The notes: a model not told the origin generated them from the sequence alone. A stretch of 49,486 nucleotides of DNA from an uncultured Treponemataceae bacterium (GCA_964369855.1 CAYJGO010000001.1:1-49486), one strand, 5' to 3'. Counted from the first letter of the stretch, positions 17,299-26,326 are shown. Translations and numbers: made by a program.

Positions 17299-18544
17299 TT
17301 TGTCTGTCCTCATGTAGAGCTTTTATTCTTTGTAATACTGCTTGTGAAAAAGTTAATTCTGGGTTTTCCTTTAATGCAAAATTTCTTTGCTCCCTATATT
17401 CTGATGCATTTTCAAAAAGAATAAAATAAGAATCAAACGGGTTTAAAACTACAACATCTCCAAAGCCAAATGAATAATAAGAGTCAACATCTTTTTCTCC
17501 AGTTGTAGAAAAAACACCCAACACAAAATCAGGATAGTTTTTCCGTGCTTCGAGAGCAATTTGACGAGATTCCCCTTCTGCCACAATTAGTACAGAGGAG
17601 TACTTTTGAGTGGCAAACGAAAGTAGTGTTGCTAGCTCTAATTCTTTTTGTTTAAAAAAACCTTGATTATTTTTCTTATCTTCAATTGAAATATGGCGCA
17701 AAGAAAAATTTCTAAAAACAGGTTTTGTATTAATAGGAAAATCTGAGTTTGTTCCAGTTTTTGGGGCATCTGGTGTGAAGAAGTCCCCAGTTAAAACTGT
17801 CACCCCTTGCTCTGCGATGGATGATAGCTTTAATGCTGAGTCTGCTGACATAGTACCTATATCGCTCAAAAAAATTACTGCTGGGTCTTTATATACTACC
17901 TCAGGAGATTCGTAGGAAAATTGTGTTGCAGTTTCTATTGAATACTCGGTTAATATTAAATTTGTAGATTCAAAAATGTTATCATTTTTAGAAAAACCTC
18001 GTGAAAATGAGCCAAAGTATGACTCTTGAGTATATACAGTCTTGTTTATGTAGGCAGGTTGAAAAATAATACAGAGAATAAAACATATTAAAACACAAGC
18101 CGCTTCTATATAGGAAACTACCTGGAAGGTCATTGTGTACCGTCCAGTATAAAGTTTTGAAAACAAGCGGTATAAAGAAGTCATGTTGGTAAGCAGAATT
18201 ATGAAGGATAATGAAAGGATTATTATCATTAAGAGGTTTAAACCAAAAACAGCTATGAGCAATATTGAAAAGAAAAAACTAATAACAGCAAGTATTGCAT
18301 AAACATCAATGTTGCGGTTTTTTTTAAACAATGGCCGTAATGTCACAAGAAGCAAAAATAATAATATTACACATTGCCCAAGTAAAATATCAACTAAAAG
18401 TATCATGTATACATAATAAAGGATTCTGGCAATTAAAACAACTAGAAATAGGAAAAAAAGAAGTAAAAACAAAGGAAAGGCTTTACACTTTTTTACTTTT
18501 AGTGGTATAATATTATATGGCAGATTCACGATTAGATTCAACAA
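17285..18544 (-). CDS. Multi-pass membrane protein with a soluble C-terminal domain; function unknown and start codon unresolved
   Basis: 419-aa ORF with about five hydrophobic helices in the first 165 aa. The ORF-track start at 18544 is a TTG that overlaps the divergent HDOD gene. The first ATG is codon 47 (18406). Confidence 0.5.
   Translation of the reverse strand: MLNLIVNLPYNIIPLKVKKCKAFPLFLLLFFLFLVVLIARILYYVYMILLVDILLGQCVILLFLLLVTLRPLFKKNRNIDVYAILAVISFFFSILLIAVFGLNLLMIIILSLSFIILLTNMTSLYRLFSKLYTGRYTMTFQVVSYIEAACVLICFILCIIFQPAYINKTVYTQESYFGSFSRGFSKNDNIFESTNLILTEYSIETATQFSYESPEVVYKDPAVIFLSDIGTMSADSALKLSSIAEQGVTVLTGDFFTPDAPKTGTNSDFPINTKPVFRNFSLRHISIEDKKNNQGFFKQKELELATLLSFATQKYSSVLIVAEGESRQIALEARKNYPDFVLGVFSTTGEKDVDSYYSFGFGDVVVLNPFDSYFILFENASEYREQRNFALKENPELTFSQAVLQRIKALHEDRQNDTK
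18482..18511 (+). promoter_or_regulatory. Sigma70-type promoter TTTACA-N18-TGGTATAAT placed against ATG 18517
   Basis: -35 TTTACA at 18482-18487 and extended -10 TGGTATAAT at 18503-18511, with only 5 nt (ATTAT) before the ATG and no SD. Confidence 0.5.
18506..18517. repeat. Perfect 12-bp palindrome TATAATATTATA that gives a TATAAT on both strands
   Basis: Self-complementary sequence. It reads as a -10 hexamer for the + strand (18506-18511) and for the - strand (18517-18512). Confidence 0.6.
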
Positions 18545-20013
18545 AAATACAAAAAGCAGTTCAAGCAGGTATTCCTCTTTCTATTACAACTCACACGCTG
18601 CCCCATGAGATGGAACTATACATGGCAGAAGTGCTTATGGCCTTTCTTAAAGAGTTAAAGCAAGAGGCAATGTCAGAATACCTAATATATTGCCTAAATG
18701 AGCTTGCAACTAATGCAAAAAAAGCAAATACAAAACGAGTCTACTTTCAAGAAAAAGGGCTAGATATAAATAATATAGATGATTATGAAAAAGGTATGGA
18801 AAACTTTAAGAACGATACCTTAAATAATATTAAACACTATCTTGGGCTTCAAAAAGAGCAAGGTTATTACATAAAGCTTTTATTTCAACATAAAGCGAAT
18901 AAAATAAAAATCGAAATAAGAAATAATGCTCCATTAACAGTTTTTGAATATAAGAGAATACATGATAAAATAGCAAGAGCACAGCGATACTCCTCTGTAG
19001 ATGATGCCTTTTCACAAATACTGGATGACTCAGAAGGCGCTGGGCTAGGCATCATAATTATGATACTAATGCTTCAAAAAATTGGCTTGAAAGGGGATAG
19101 TTTTCAAGTGTTTTCGGAGGGTGACGAAACTATATCAAGAATTATTCTTCCACTGAGTGGCGATATTCAAGAAAAAATTTCTATACTTTCTGTTGAATTA
19201 GTAAACATGATTGATAAACTTCCTCAGTTTCCGGAAAATATTATTCATATTAATAATATGCTAAATGACCCAGAGTTCAAGCTTTCTGATATTGCTAGAA
19301 GTATTAGTAGTGATGTTTCCTTAACGGCAGACTTATTAAAGCTTGTAAATTCTGCGGCATTCTCCTTGCAGAATCCATGCCGAAATATAACTGATGCAGT
19401 AAAGCTTGTTGGAACACGTGGAATAAAGAACTTATTGTATTCTGTTGGGTCTATGAAGAGTGTTGGAACTGCTAGTGCAGATCAAAAAGTGCTATGGAAT
19501 CATTCACACAAAGTTGCCTATTTTGCATATCATTTGAGCCGTAATTTCTTTCCTAAAATGAGAGAGGTGGTAGAAGATTCGTATGTATGTGGCCTATTAC
19601 ATGATATTGGGAAAGGAATATTTTATTCTGCACAGCCTAATTTTATGACAAAGCTTGAAAAACTTAGTGAAAAGAAGTCAATAGAACGACATACATTTGA
19701 AAAAATGCTTTCAGGGCAAAATCATGCTGAAATAGGGGCTTTGATAGCAGAGAAATGGAATTTTCCGACAGTTATTATTGATACAATTCGTGAGCATCAT
19801 GACCCTGATATTAATAAGCCACTATCCCTAGTTGTTTATTTTTCAAATATGTTAGCAAATTATCAAGAAGGTACTATAGAGTATTATCAGTTCGATTCAG
19901 CTGTTCTAGAAGAATTAAAAATTACAAGTGAAGAGCATCTTATAAAATTATCTGATAGGCTTAAACTTGCATTCGAAAACGAGCAAGGCGAAACTGGTGC
20001 CACGTTTGCATAA
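18517..20013 (+). CDS. HDOD-domain signalling protein with an N-terminal GHKL/anti-sigma-kinase-like ATPase domain
   Basis: N-box-like LNELATNAKKA and G2-like DDSEGAGLGI in the first 200 aa. The C-terminal ~250 aa are HDOD-like (SDIARSISSDVSLTADLLKLVNSAAF ... GLLHDIGK). Confidence 0.7.
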   Translation: MADSRLDSTKIQKAVQAGIPLSITTHTLPHEMELYMAEVLMAFLKELKQEAMSEYLIYCLNELATNAKKANTKRVYFQEKGLDINNIDDYEKGMENFKNDTLNNIKHYLGLQKEQGYYIKLLFQHKANKIKIEIRNNAPLTVFEYKRIHDKIARAQRYSSVDDAFSQILDDSEGAGLGIIIMILMLQKIGLKGDSFQVFSEGDETISRIILPLSGDIQEKISILSVELVNMIDKLPQFPENIIHINNMLNDPEFKLSDIARSISSDVSLTADLLKLVNSAAFSLQNPCRNITDAVKLVGTRGIKNLLYSVGSMKSVGTASADQKVLWNHSHKVAYFAYHLSRNFFPKMREVVEDSYVCGLLHDIGKGIFYSAQPNFMTKLEKLSEKKSIERHTFEKMLSGQNHAEIGALIAEKWNFPTVIIDTIREHHDPDINKPLSLVVYFSNMLANYQEGTIEYYQFDSAVLEELKITSEEHLIKLSDRLKLAFENEQGETGATFA

Positions 20014-20800
20014 GAATGCCAAAAGCAACACCAACATTTAGAGAAGCTTTTATTCCTGTAAGAGGTATGCTAACTCGACCGTAAGTGGCTCGTTTTAACC
20101 CCTCTGGGCTAATACCTAATTCTTCAGAGCCAACAATTACAATTCCTTTGTTTGGGAAAACAAATTCATCAATTGGAGTTCCGCCAGTTTCTAGTGCGAA
20201 AACAGGAATATCTTCAGGAAGTTCGTCTAGGCTGCACCGAGAAGTTTGTAAAAAATCAATACAGCCCATAGCGGAACGCTGGGCCCGTTGGTTTTTTTCA
20301 TCTGTACAATCAGGGGATAAAAATATGCCGTGTGCTCCAAAAGCTTCTGCTGTTCTGTAAATTGAGCCTAGGTTGAATGGTGACCTAATATCTTCTGCAT
20401 ATACATAAATATCTTGGAAAAAAGTTCGTGTCCGAGTTGGGTCTGCATGTGGAGCTATAACTAAGTCCCACTCTGCAGGAAAGGTACCTATAATTTCAAG
20501 TAGCCTGTTGCGAGCATAGTTACATGCTCTTCTTTCATCAAAGGGTTGTGCTGTTAATAATTTTTGGAGCTCATTATATGAAGAGGGAGGTAGTTTCGGA
20601 TCGTCAAGGACTAGTTGGATGAGTTTTTTCGTATACTCAGCACGTGGCATAGAAGAAAAATTATACTGAGATCCGCTCTTAGCAACATTATAGTCGGTGT
20701 CAATTCCTGCTATATCCCTTTCTAGGGCTCCAAAACAAAGTGCTATTTTGCGTCTGCGAAAACCACCCTTTAGCTGAAATAGTTTATCTGGATCAATCAT
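19961..20800 (-). CDS. SpoU/TrmH-family RNA 2'-O-methyltransferase with a ~140-aa N-terminal extension
   Basis: SpoU motifs NLGSIYRTAEAFG, VIVGSEELGIS and VSIPLTGIKASLNVGVAFGIL. Confidence 0.8.
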   Translation of the reverse strand: MIDPDKLFQLKGGFRRRKIALCFGALERDIAGIDTDYNVAKSGSQYNFSSMPRAEYTKKLIQLVLDDPKLPPSSYNELQKLLTAQPFDERRACNYARNRLLEIIGTFPAEWDLVIAPHADPTRTRTFFQDIYVYAEDIRSPFNLGSIYRTAEAFGAHGIFLSPDCTDEKNQRAQRSAMGCIDFLQTSRCSLDELPEDIPVFALETGGTPIDEFVFPNKGIVIVGSEELGISPEGLKRATYGRVSIPLTGIKASLNVGVAFGILMQTWHQFRLARFRMQV

Positions 20801-20804
20801 AATA

Positions 20805-21953
20805 TTAATATGCGCTTTTTATTATTTCAAATAAATCATTAGCAGTCATTGAACGAGGAAAAGAAAAAGAAGGTTCTAATTGTTCTGTGTTTTCCGCTAC
20901 TAAAGCGAGCTGCTCCATGGAAATAGATAAATCTTTGAGGCGTGCTGGTAAGTTGGTCATAGCAATTTTGCTTCGAATTGCTTCAGAAAGGGCTATCACT
21001 GCATCGTCATCATTAGTATCTTGAGGGCAAATATTTAGAAATTTAGCTACTTTAGCAATTTTATCTGTTTTGTACTTTCTAACTTCATCGATTATATAAG
21101 GAAGAAGGATTGTGGCCGTTAGGGAGCGTGATATTTTATGGCGGGAATTAATGGCCAAGCTGATTCCAGAGCCAATACCAATAGAACTAGAAGCAGCAGC
21201 CAGGGAAATCATACTTGAAGCTTGAAATGATAGTTCTTCATTCGAAACTGTAGTCATTACTGTTGGGGTATCACTTAAGGATCCACTTAATAAGGTTAAC
21301 GCTTTTTCAATCAAACTGTCAGAGAAGAAATTTGCTTTTTGAGAAGTGTATGCCTCAATGGCAATACACACTGCATGTAGAATCATCGACATGCGCTGAC
21401 TTTCAGTGAATGAAACTGTTAGGGTTGGATCAAAAATTGCAGCCTTACAAATACTTGCTTGAGTTTTTAAAACTCGTACTTGCCGACTTCGAGCATCGAT
21501 GATTGGTGTCTTATCAGAAAAAAGGAAGGGGTCACAAAGAGTAGTTGGGACACTAATTACTGGCAGTGCTCCTGCTGTAGGTGCTGATCCATCTATGTAC
21601 TCATAAATATCATGTGACTCATTAATTATAGCAGCTACGCTTCTTGCTACGTTGCTTATGCGCGTCCCACCTACTGCTATAATTCCATGAACATGGGCTT
21701 CTCGAGCCAATGAACAAACTTGTTGTATTACACTTGCATCAGGTGCTGGGGGAATCTCATCATATACAAAAAAATCTATACTTCTTTCAATAAGGGCAGC
21801 TGTTATTTTTTCTGTGATACCAAACTCAGTTAAAACAGGGTCCATGATTAACATAAATCGAGAACCCCATTCTTTGGCATATTGGCCAAGCTGGCTCGAA
21901 GAGTATGAACCTAGAACAATGTTTGATGAAAGCTTAAAAATAAAGTCTGGCAT
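20805..21953 (-). CDS. Iron-containing alcohol dehydrogenase-fold protein with apparently degenerate cofactor and metal motifs
   Basis: Collinear with the Fe-ADH family (IIAVGG..., PVISVPTT..., AIFDP..., AIEAYTS..., ILLPYI). GGGSxxD is replaced by GGTRISN. See findings. Confidence 0.7.
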   Translation of the reverse strand: MPDFIFKLSSNIVLGSYSSSQLGQYAKEWGSRFMLIMDPVLTEFGITEKITAALIERSIDFFVYDEIPPAPDASVIQQVCSLAREAHVHGIIAVGGTRISNVARSVAAIINESHDIYEYIDGSAPTAGALPVISVPTTLCDPFLFSDKTPIIDARSRQVRVLKTQASICKAAIFDPTLTVSFTESQRMSMILHAVCIAIEAYTSQKANFFSDSLIEKALTLLSGSLSDTPTVMTTVSNEELSFQASSMISLAAASSSIGIGSGISLAINSRHKISRSLTATILLPYIIDEVRKYKTDKIAKVAKFLNICPQDTNDDDAVIALSEAIRSKIAMTNLPARLKDLSISMEQLALVAENTEQLEPSFSFPRSMTANDLFEIIKSAY

Positions 21954-21963
21954 TGGCTGTACT

Positions 21964-22251
21964 TTATAGCCCGAAGCTTTCCATTATCTTATCAGCAGTT
22001 GAAGAAACAACACTTTCATTTAAGTATGTAGGACTTTGAATTTTTTCCTTAACTTCAGCTACCCGATCCATACGGACATCTGGTGTTCCTGCAGCAATTT
22101 CAGATAAATACATACTTTCAGCTAAAGCTTTTGCTTCATTAGAAATCTCTATGCTGTCATGACCAGCAGAAACACTTCCTTTTTCTTCACTGCGCTGAGG
22201 TTTTTGAACGTTGTTTAGGGGATCAAGTCTCCCTAGTTTGTCAATAATCAT
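21964..22251 (-). CDS. flgM: Anti-sigma-28 factor FlgM
   Basis: C-terminal DRVAEVKEKIQSPTYLNESVVSSTADKIME matches the FlgM sigma-28-binding region. About 95 aa from ATG 22251. The ORF-track start at 22284 is a GTG inside rsmI. Confidence 0.75.
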   Translation of the reverse strand: MIIDKLGRLDPLNNVQKPQRSEEKGSVSAGHDSIEISNEAKALAESMYLSEIAAGTPDVRMDRVAEVKEKIQSPTYLNESVVSSTADKIMESFGL

Positions 22252-22999
22252 TTTTACTTCGCCTCTCTTTCCTTGGTTTTTCACTCCAAAGCTTGAGCTT
22301 TTTTACTCCCGCAATAAAAACCGCAAACTCTCCAAGAATTTTTGGTCTATTTGCAAATTCACTGTATACTTCTACAGCCGTCCCCTCGATAATTTCTTCA
22401 TGCATTTTCGTTAGTTCTCTACCTACTAATACACGTCGCTCACTATCTATATCGGCAATTTCTGCCAAAAGCTTAACTATTCTAAACGGAGATTCGTACA
22501 AAACGATAGCATATCCCGTTTCTAATAAAGCACTAACACGAGTGCGTCGCTTTCCAGGTTTTACTGGTAAAAAACCTTCAAAAATAATTGTTTTTCCACC
22601 CTCACCAGCGATACTTACAAGGGTTGCAAAGGCACTGGCACCTGGTATTGGTATTACTGTATGCCCTGCTATTCGAACCGTGCTTACTAAAACGGCTCCA
22701 GGGTCACTTATGGCTGGTGTTCCCGCATCACTTGCAAAGGCAATATTTTTACCATCATTCATAAGAGATACAATCTTTTCAGCAGCAGCCTCTTCATTTT
22801 GGGCTCTACATGAAATTAAAGGTTTTCTTATTCCATAATGCGTTAATAATTGCAACGTTCGCCGTGTGTCTTCTGCTGCTACATAATCAACACTTTCTAA
22901 TACTTCAAGTGCTCGGTGCGTAATATCCTTTAAGTTTCCTATTGGCGTTGCCACCACATATAATTCTGACACATTATTATTATACTTCTTTTTTTGCAT
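22241..22999 (-). CDS. rsmI: 16S rRNA (cytidine1402-2'-O)-methyltransferase RsmI
   Basis: LYVVATPIGNLKDIT N-terminal motif and tetrapyrrole-methylase fold. Start is either ATG 22999 or GTG 22972 (see findings). The ORF-track start at 23005 is a GTG. Confidence 0.9.
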   Translation of the reverse strand: MQKKKYNNNVSELYVVATPIGNLKDITHRALEVLESVDYVAAEDTRRTLQLLTHYGIRKPLISCRAQNEEAAAEKIVSLMNDGKNIAFASDAGTPAISDPGAVLVSTVRIAGHTVIPIPGASAFATLVSIAGEGGKTIIFEGFLPVKPGKRRTRVSALLETGYAIVLYESPFRIVKLLAEIADIDSERRVLVGRELTKMHEEIIEGTAVEVYSEFANRPKILGEFAVFIAGVKKLKLWSEKPRKERRSKNDY

Positions 23000-23007
23000 A
23001 TACACAA
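22979..23007 (-). promoter_or_regulatory. Sigma70-type promoter TTGTGT-N17-TATAAT inside the annotated 5' end of rsmI
   Basis: The minus strand reads CTTGTGTATATGCAAAAAAAGAAGTATAAT. The -10 is at 22984-22979 and GTG 22972 follows after a 6-nt spacer. 24 of 30 positions match the module at 4773-4802. Confidence 0.4.
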
Positions 23008-23166
23008 GTAAAAAATCTGCCTAGTGCAATAAAAAGGGTTTTTTACCTGTTATTATTATAAAAGGAAGCCTGTATTTGTGAGTAAACTCCTTTTGTGCGG
23101 AGCAGAAAAAAAGTAATTTACATTAAAATTTATTTTTAAAATAATATTCCTTTTTTTCTAAATATA

Positions 23167-23175
23167 TGATATACT
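23167..23175 (+). promoter_or_regulatory. Extended -10 element TGATATACT upstream of the GH63-like gene, with a leader of about 105 nt
   Basis: TGATATACT lies in the 280-bp rsmI/GH spacer, and the downstream gene has SD AAGGAG at 23276-23281. Confidence 0.4.
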
Positions 23176-23286
23176 GTAAATGAGATATTTTGCAAAAAAC
23201 AGTAACTGTAGTCTCAATAGTCGCATTTGCGCTAATATGAAAGCTGACAGGGAAAACAATAAAGATATATCTCACAAGGAGTAACG

Positions 23287-24714
23287 GTGAGCAAACGCGA
23301 TTTTCCAAAAATTCATTTCTATGATCAAGATTTTGTTGATATTTATGATAAAACCTGGTCTTGGGTACAAGATTTTTGGAAGGATTCAAAAACAGGGGCA
23401 ACTTCACAAGATGGTTATTTTGTATATCCAACAGAGACAGGTAATGTTGTAGATCAGTTGGAGTCAATTTTTTCATCCTTTTTTCTTGTATATTCAAACA
23501 GAAATTTTCACGCACACCAAAACCTTGATTATCTATATGCACGGCAAGAATCAAATGGTGCTATTCGATGGAAGTATTTGCTTACTAAAAAGACACCTGT
23601 TTTAGATAGTAGCAATCCAGAAGGTGTCGGGCTTCCTCTTTTTGCATGGGCTGAGTTCAACTTGTTTCATAAGACAGCAAATAAGAAAAGAATAAAAGAA
23701 GTTATGCCAGTTCTACAAAAATATTCAACTTGGTTAGAGACAACTTTTAAGAAAGAAAATAGCTTGTATTCAGTTCCCTTTGAGGCTAGTACAATGTTTA
23801 ATTCTCCTCGAGAGAAAACGGTATATCCAATCGATTTCAATGCTGCGATGGCTGTAAATGCCCTTTATATGGCAGCACTGGGAGATATTATCAATGATAA
23901 GGACTTAAATTTTCAGTATAAGAAGATGTACTTTTCATTAAAAACACAGATAAATGCACTTATGTGGGACCAAGAAACAGGGTTTTATTATGATCTTGAT
24001 GAAAGTGAAAAAAAACTAACTCATAAAACAGTAGCTAATTTCTGGCCATTATTAGCTGAGATTCCAAACGAAGATAAGGCAGAAAAAATTATTAGTCATT
24101 TAAGCGATCCTCAATCGTTTGGAACAGACCACCCCTTCCCCTCTCTTTCTGTGTGTCATAAAAAATTTAGCAAAGATGGTGAAGGATACAGGGGGAGCGT
24201 TTTCCCTGCATTCAATTTTATGATTATCAAAGGTTTAGAAAAGTATCAACGCTATGACTTAGCTAGAGAAGCATCAATCCGGCATCTATACCATATGCTA
24301 GATTCACTTTTTCCAGATGAATCAAATAAGGGTGATTTATGGGAAGCATACCTTCCTTTAAAAGATGGCTATGCAAAAATGTCAGGAAGTGATACTTTCC
24401 CCCGCAAGCGACATATTTTATTTGCAGGACTTTCAACTATCGCCATAATGATAGAAAATATAATTGGATTAAATATAAGTCTTCCGCGAAAAACGGTAGA
24501 TTGGACTATTCCTAACTTAGAGATGATGGGTATAGAAAATTTATCGTTAACAAGAAATCTTATTACTATTTTATCAAATAAAAGCTCTCGTGGTTGGGAG
24601 ATTCAAATGGAGAGTGAAAAGTTATACTATTTCACTATTAACATACTGGGCGAAAAGAAAAAAACTCTACCTATTCCATCAGGAAAATGTTCTATGCTTA
24701 TTGATAAGCTGTAA
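23287..24714 (+). CDS. (alpha/alpha)6-barrel glycoside hydrolase, GH63/GH37-like (MGH1/trehalase-like)
   Basis: 475 aa. Helical-repeat pattern with LPLFAWAEFNLF, DFNAAMAVNALYMA, ETGFYYDLD, ANFWPLLAEIP, FPAFNFMIIKGL. Family assignment is by recollection. GTG start with SD AAGGAG. Confidence 0.55.
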   Translation: MSKRDFPKIHFYDQDFVDIYDKTWSWVQDFWKDSKTGATSQDGYFVYPTETGNVVDQLESIFSSFFLVYSNRNFHAHQNLDYLYARQESNGAIRWKYLLTKKTPVLDSSNPEGVGLPLFAWAEFNLFHKTANKKRIKEVMPVLQKYSTWLETTFKKENSLYSVPFEASTMFNSPREKTVYPIDFNAAMAVNALYMAALGDIINDKDLNFQYKKMYFSLKTQINALMWDQETGFYYDLDESEKKLTHKTVANFWPLLAEIPNEDKAEKIISHLSDPQSFGTDHPFPSLSVCHKKFSKDGEGYRGSVFPAFNFMIIKGLEKYQRYDLAREASIRHLYHMLDSLFPDESNKGDLWEAYLPLKDGYAKMSGSDTFPRKRHILFAGLSTIAIMIENIIGLNISLPRKTVDWTIPNLEMMGIENLSLTRNLITILSNKSSRGWEIQMESEKLYYFTINILGEKKKTLPIPSGKCSMLIDKL

Positions 24715-24781
24715 GGAGTGAGTATTTTGGCTGTGTATAATTCTCAGCAGTTTATAAAAATTTCATATACTAGGTACTCTT

Positions 24782-26308
24782 ATGAAAACACTTGAGGCGG
24801 TAATTGAGCTAGGATCTACAGGTGTGCGTTTAATGGTTTGTGAAGTAGACTCTGATGGAAATTGGAATATTATAGATCGCTCTGAGTTATCAGTTTCTTT
24901 AGGCTGGGATGTTTTTATTTCTGGCTCAATTAGTACAGAAAGCCTGTTGCATTGCGTACATATTTTTGAAATTTTTCGTGAACAATTAGCAGGCTGGAGT
25001 ATAAAGCCTTTTCAAGTGCGTACTATTGCTACAAGTGCATTACGCGAGGCTAAAAATAGAGACTCTGTTCTTGATAGAATTTTAATAAAAACAGGATTTC
25101 CTGTCAAGGTTATAGATGGTATCGAGGAAAGTAGGCTAATGTATTTGGCTGTTTTAGATACTCTCCGGCAAGATTTGCCAACTCAACAAAATAAAAATTC
25201 AATTATTTTAGAAATTGGCGGCGGATCTACAGAAATAATGCTACTTGAAAAAGGGAAAATAGCTACAGTTCACAGCTTAAGATTGGGAACTGTTATAATA
25301 GATCAATATATAAAGTCGATGGGTGGGTCAAGAAATGACACAAAACGGTACTTAGAAGACTTTATAAAAAATACTGGAGTGAACTTAAATTTTAGTAGCG
25401 ATTTACAGAAAATACAACAATTTATTACTATTGGGTCAGATGCACAAATTATTGCTAAAGAAATAGGTGTCTTAATAGGGAATCGAACATGGTCAATTTC
25501 TAGAGAGAGTTTTTACTCTTTTGTAAATGAGTTTGATTTGCTTTCTGTAGAAGAATATGCGGGTAAATTGAAGGCTCATTATAATGATGTAAAATCACTT
25601 CCAATAAGCTTACTGGTTTATAAGTTGTTTTTAGACCTTACACAGGCACAAGAAATTATAGTCTCTGATACTACAATTCGTGAAGGGCTTTTTATAAGTA
25701 AATTTTCAAAAAATATACAATTACAAGAAAACTTTTTTACCCAAATTTTAGCTGCAGCATTAAACATTGGAAGAAGGTTTAAAATAGACGAACGCCATGC
25801 AAAACATGTAAAAAAAATAGCACTGAAGATTTATGATGTTATGGAGAGCGAACTGGGATTTCAAAAGGAGGCGCGTTTGTTTTTGGAAATCGCAGCTTTA
25901 TTGCATGATGTAGGAACTTTTATACGCGAATCTGATCATGAGATTCATAGTCACTATATAATATCCCACTCAAATATTTTCGGACTTGAAAAAAACAATA
26001 TTAATATTATTGCTTTAATTGCTCGATATCATAGAAATCCGTTAGTTATCCCAGATGATTCTGACTATATTTCATTGCCTCGTAAAGATAGAATGCATGT
26101 TTTAAAGCTATCGGCTATTCTTAGAATTGCCGATGCTTTAGATAGAGGGCACTCGCAGCGGATTGAGAATGTATCGGTTTCTCTTCGAGAAGCAAAGCTG
26201 ATTATAGAACTTGAGTCTGCTCATGACACAAACTTAGAAAAACAGGCCGTGCGAGAAAAAGCAGATTTGTTTGAGTCTGTGTTTGCATATACCGTTTTAA
26301 CACTCTAA
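24782..26308 (+). CDS. ppx: Exopolyphosphatase / pppGpp phosphohydrolase (Ppx/GppA) with a C-terminal HD domain
   Basis: ASKHA-fold N-terminus (VIELGSTGVRLMV ... ILEIGGGSTE) and an HD region (AALLHDVG ... ARYHR). Confidence 0.85.
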   Translation: MKTLEAVIELGSTGVRLMVCEVDSDGNWNIIDRSELSVSLGWDVFISGSISTESLLHCVHIFEIFREQLAGWSIKPFQVRTIATSALREAKNRDSVLDRILIKTGFPVKVIDGIEESRLMYLAVLDTLRQDLPTQQNKNSIILEIGGGSTEIMLLEKGKIATVHSLRLGTVIIDQYIKSMGGSRNDTKRYLEDFIKNTGVNLNFSSDLQKIQQFITIGSDAQIIAKEIGVLIGNRTWSISRESFYSFVNEFDLLSVEEYAGKLKAHYNDVKSLPISLLVYKLFLDLTQAQEIIVSDTTIREGLFISKFSKNIQLQENFFTQILAAALNIGRRFKIDERHAKHVKKIALKIYDVMESELGFQKEARLFLEIAALLHDVGTFIRESDHEIHSHYIISHSNIFGLEKNNINIIALIARYHRNPLVIPDDSDYISLPRKDRMHVLKLSAILRIADALDRGHSQRIENVSVSLREAKLIIELESAHDTNLEKQAVREKADLFESVFAYTVLTL

Positions 26309-26326
26309 AAATATTAGAAGGCAATT

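Noticed and set aside
22293-22838. Long antisense ORFs opposite real genes: 22293-22838 (181 aa), 46585-47118 (177 aa), 48841-49359 (172 aa), 47956-48432 (158 aa), 1708-2121 (137 aa), 6169-6585 (138 aa) and others in the ORF track.
   Set aside because: Each lies entirely within a confidently identified gene on the other strand. Their translations are low-complexity, S/L/P/F/I-rich 'shadow' sequences with no recognisable motifs, no SD and no promoter. I treat them as frame artefacts.
23123-23554. 143-aa minus-strand ORF covering the GH63-like gene start and its leader.
   Set aside because: It is antisense to a gene with a good SD and a good start context. It has no recognisable features, and it would have to be transcribed through the opposing promoter.
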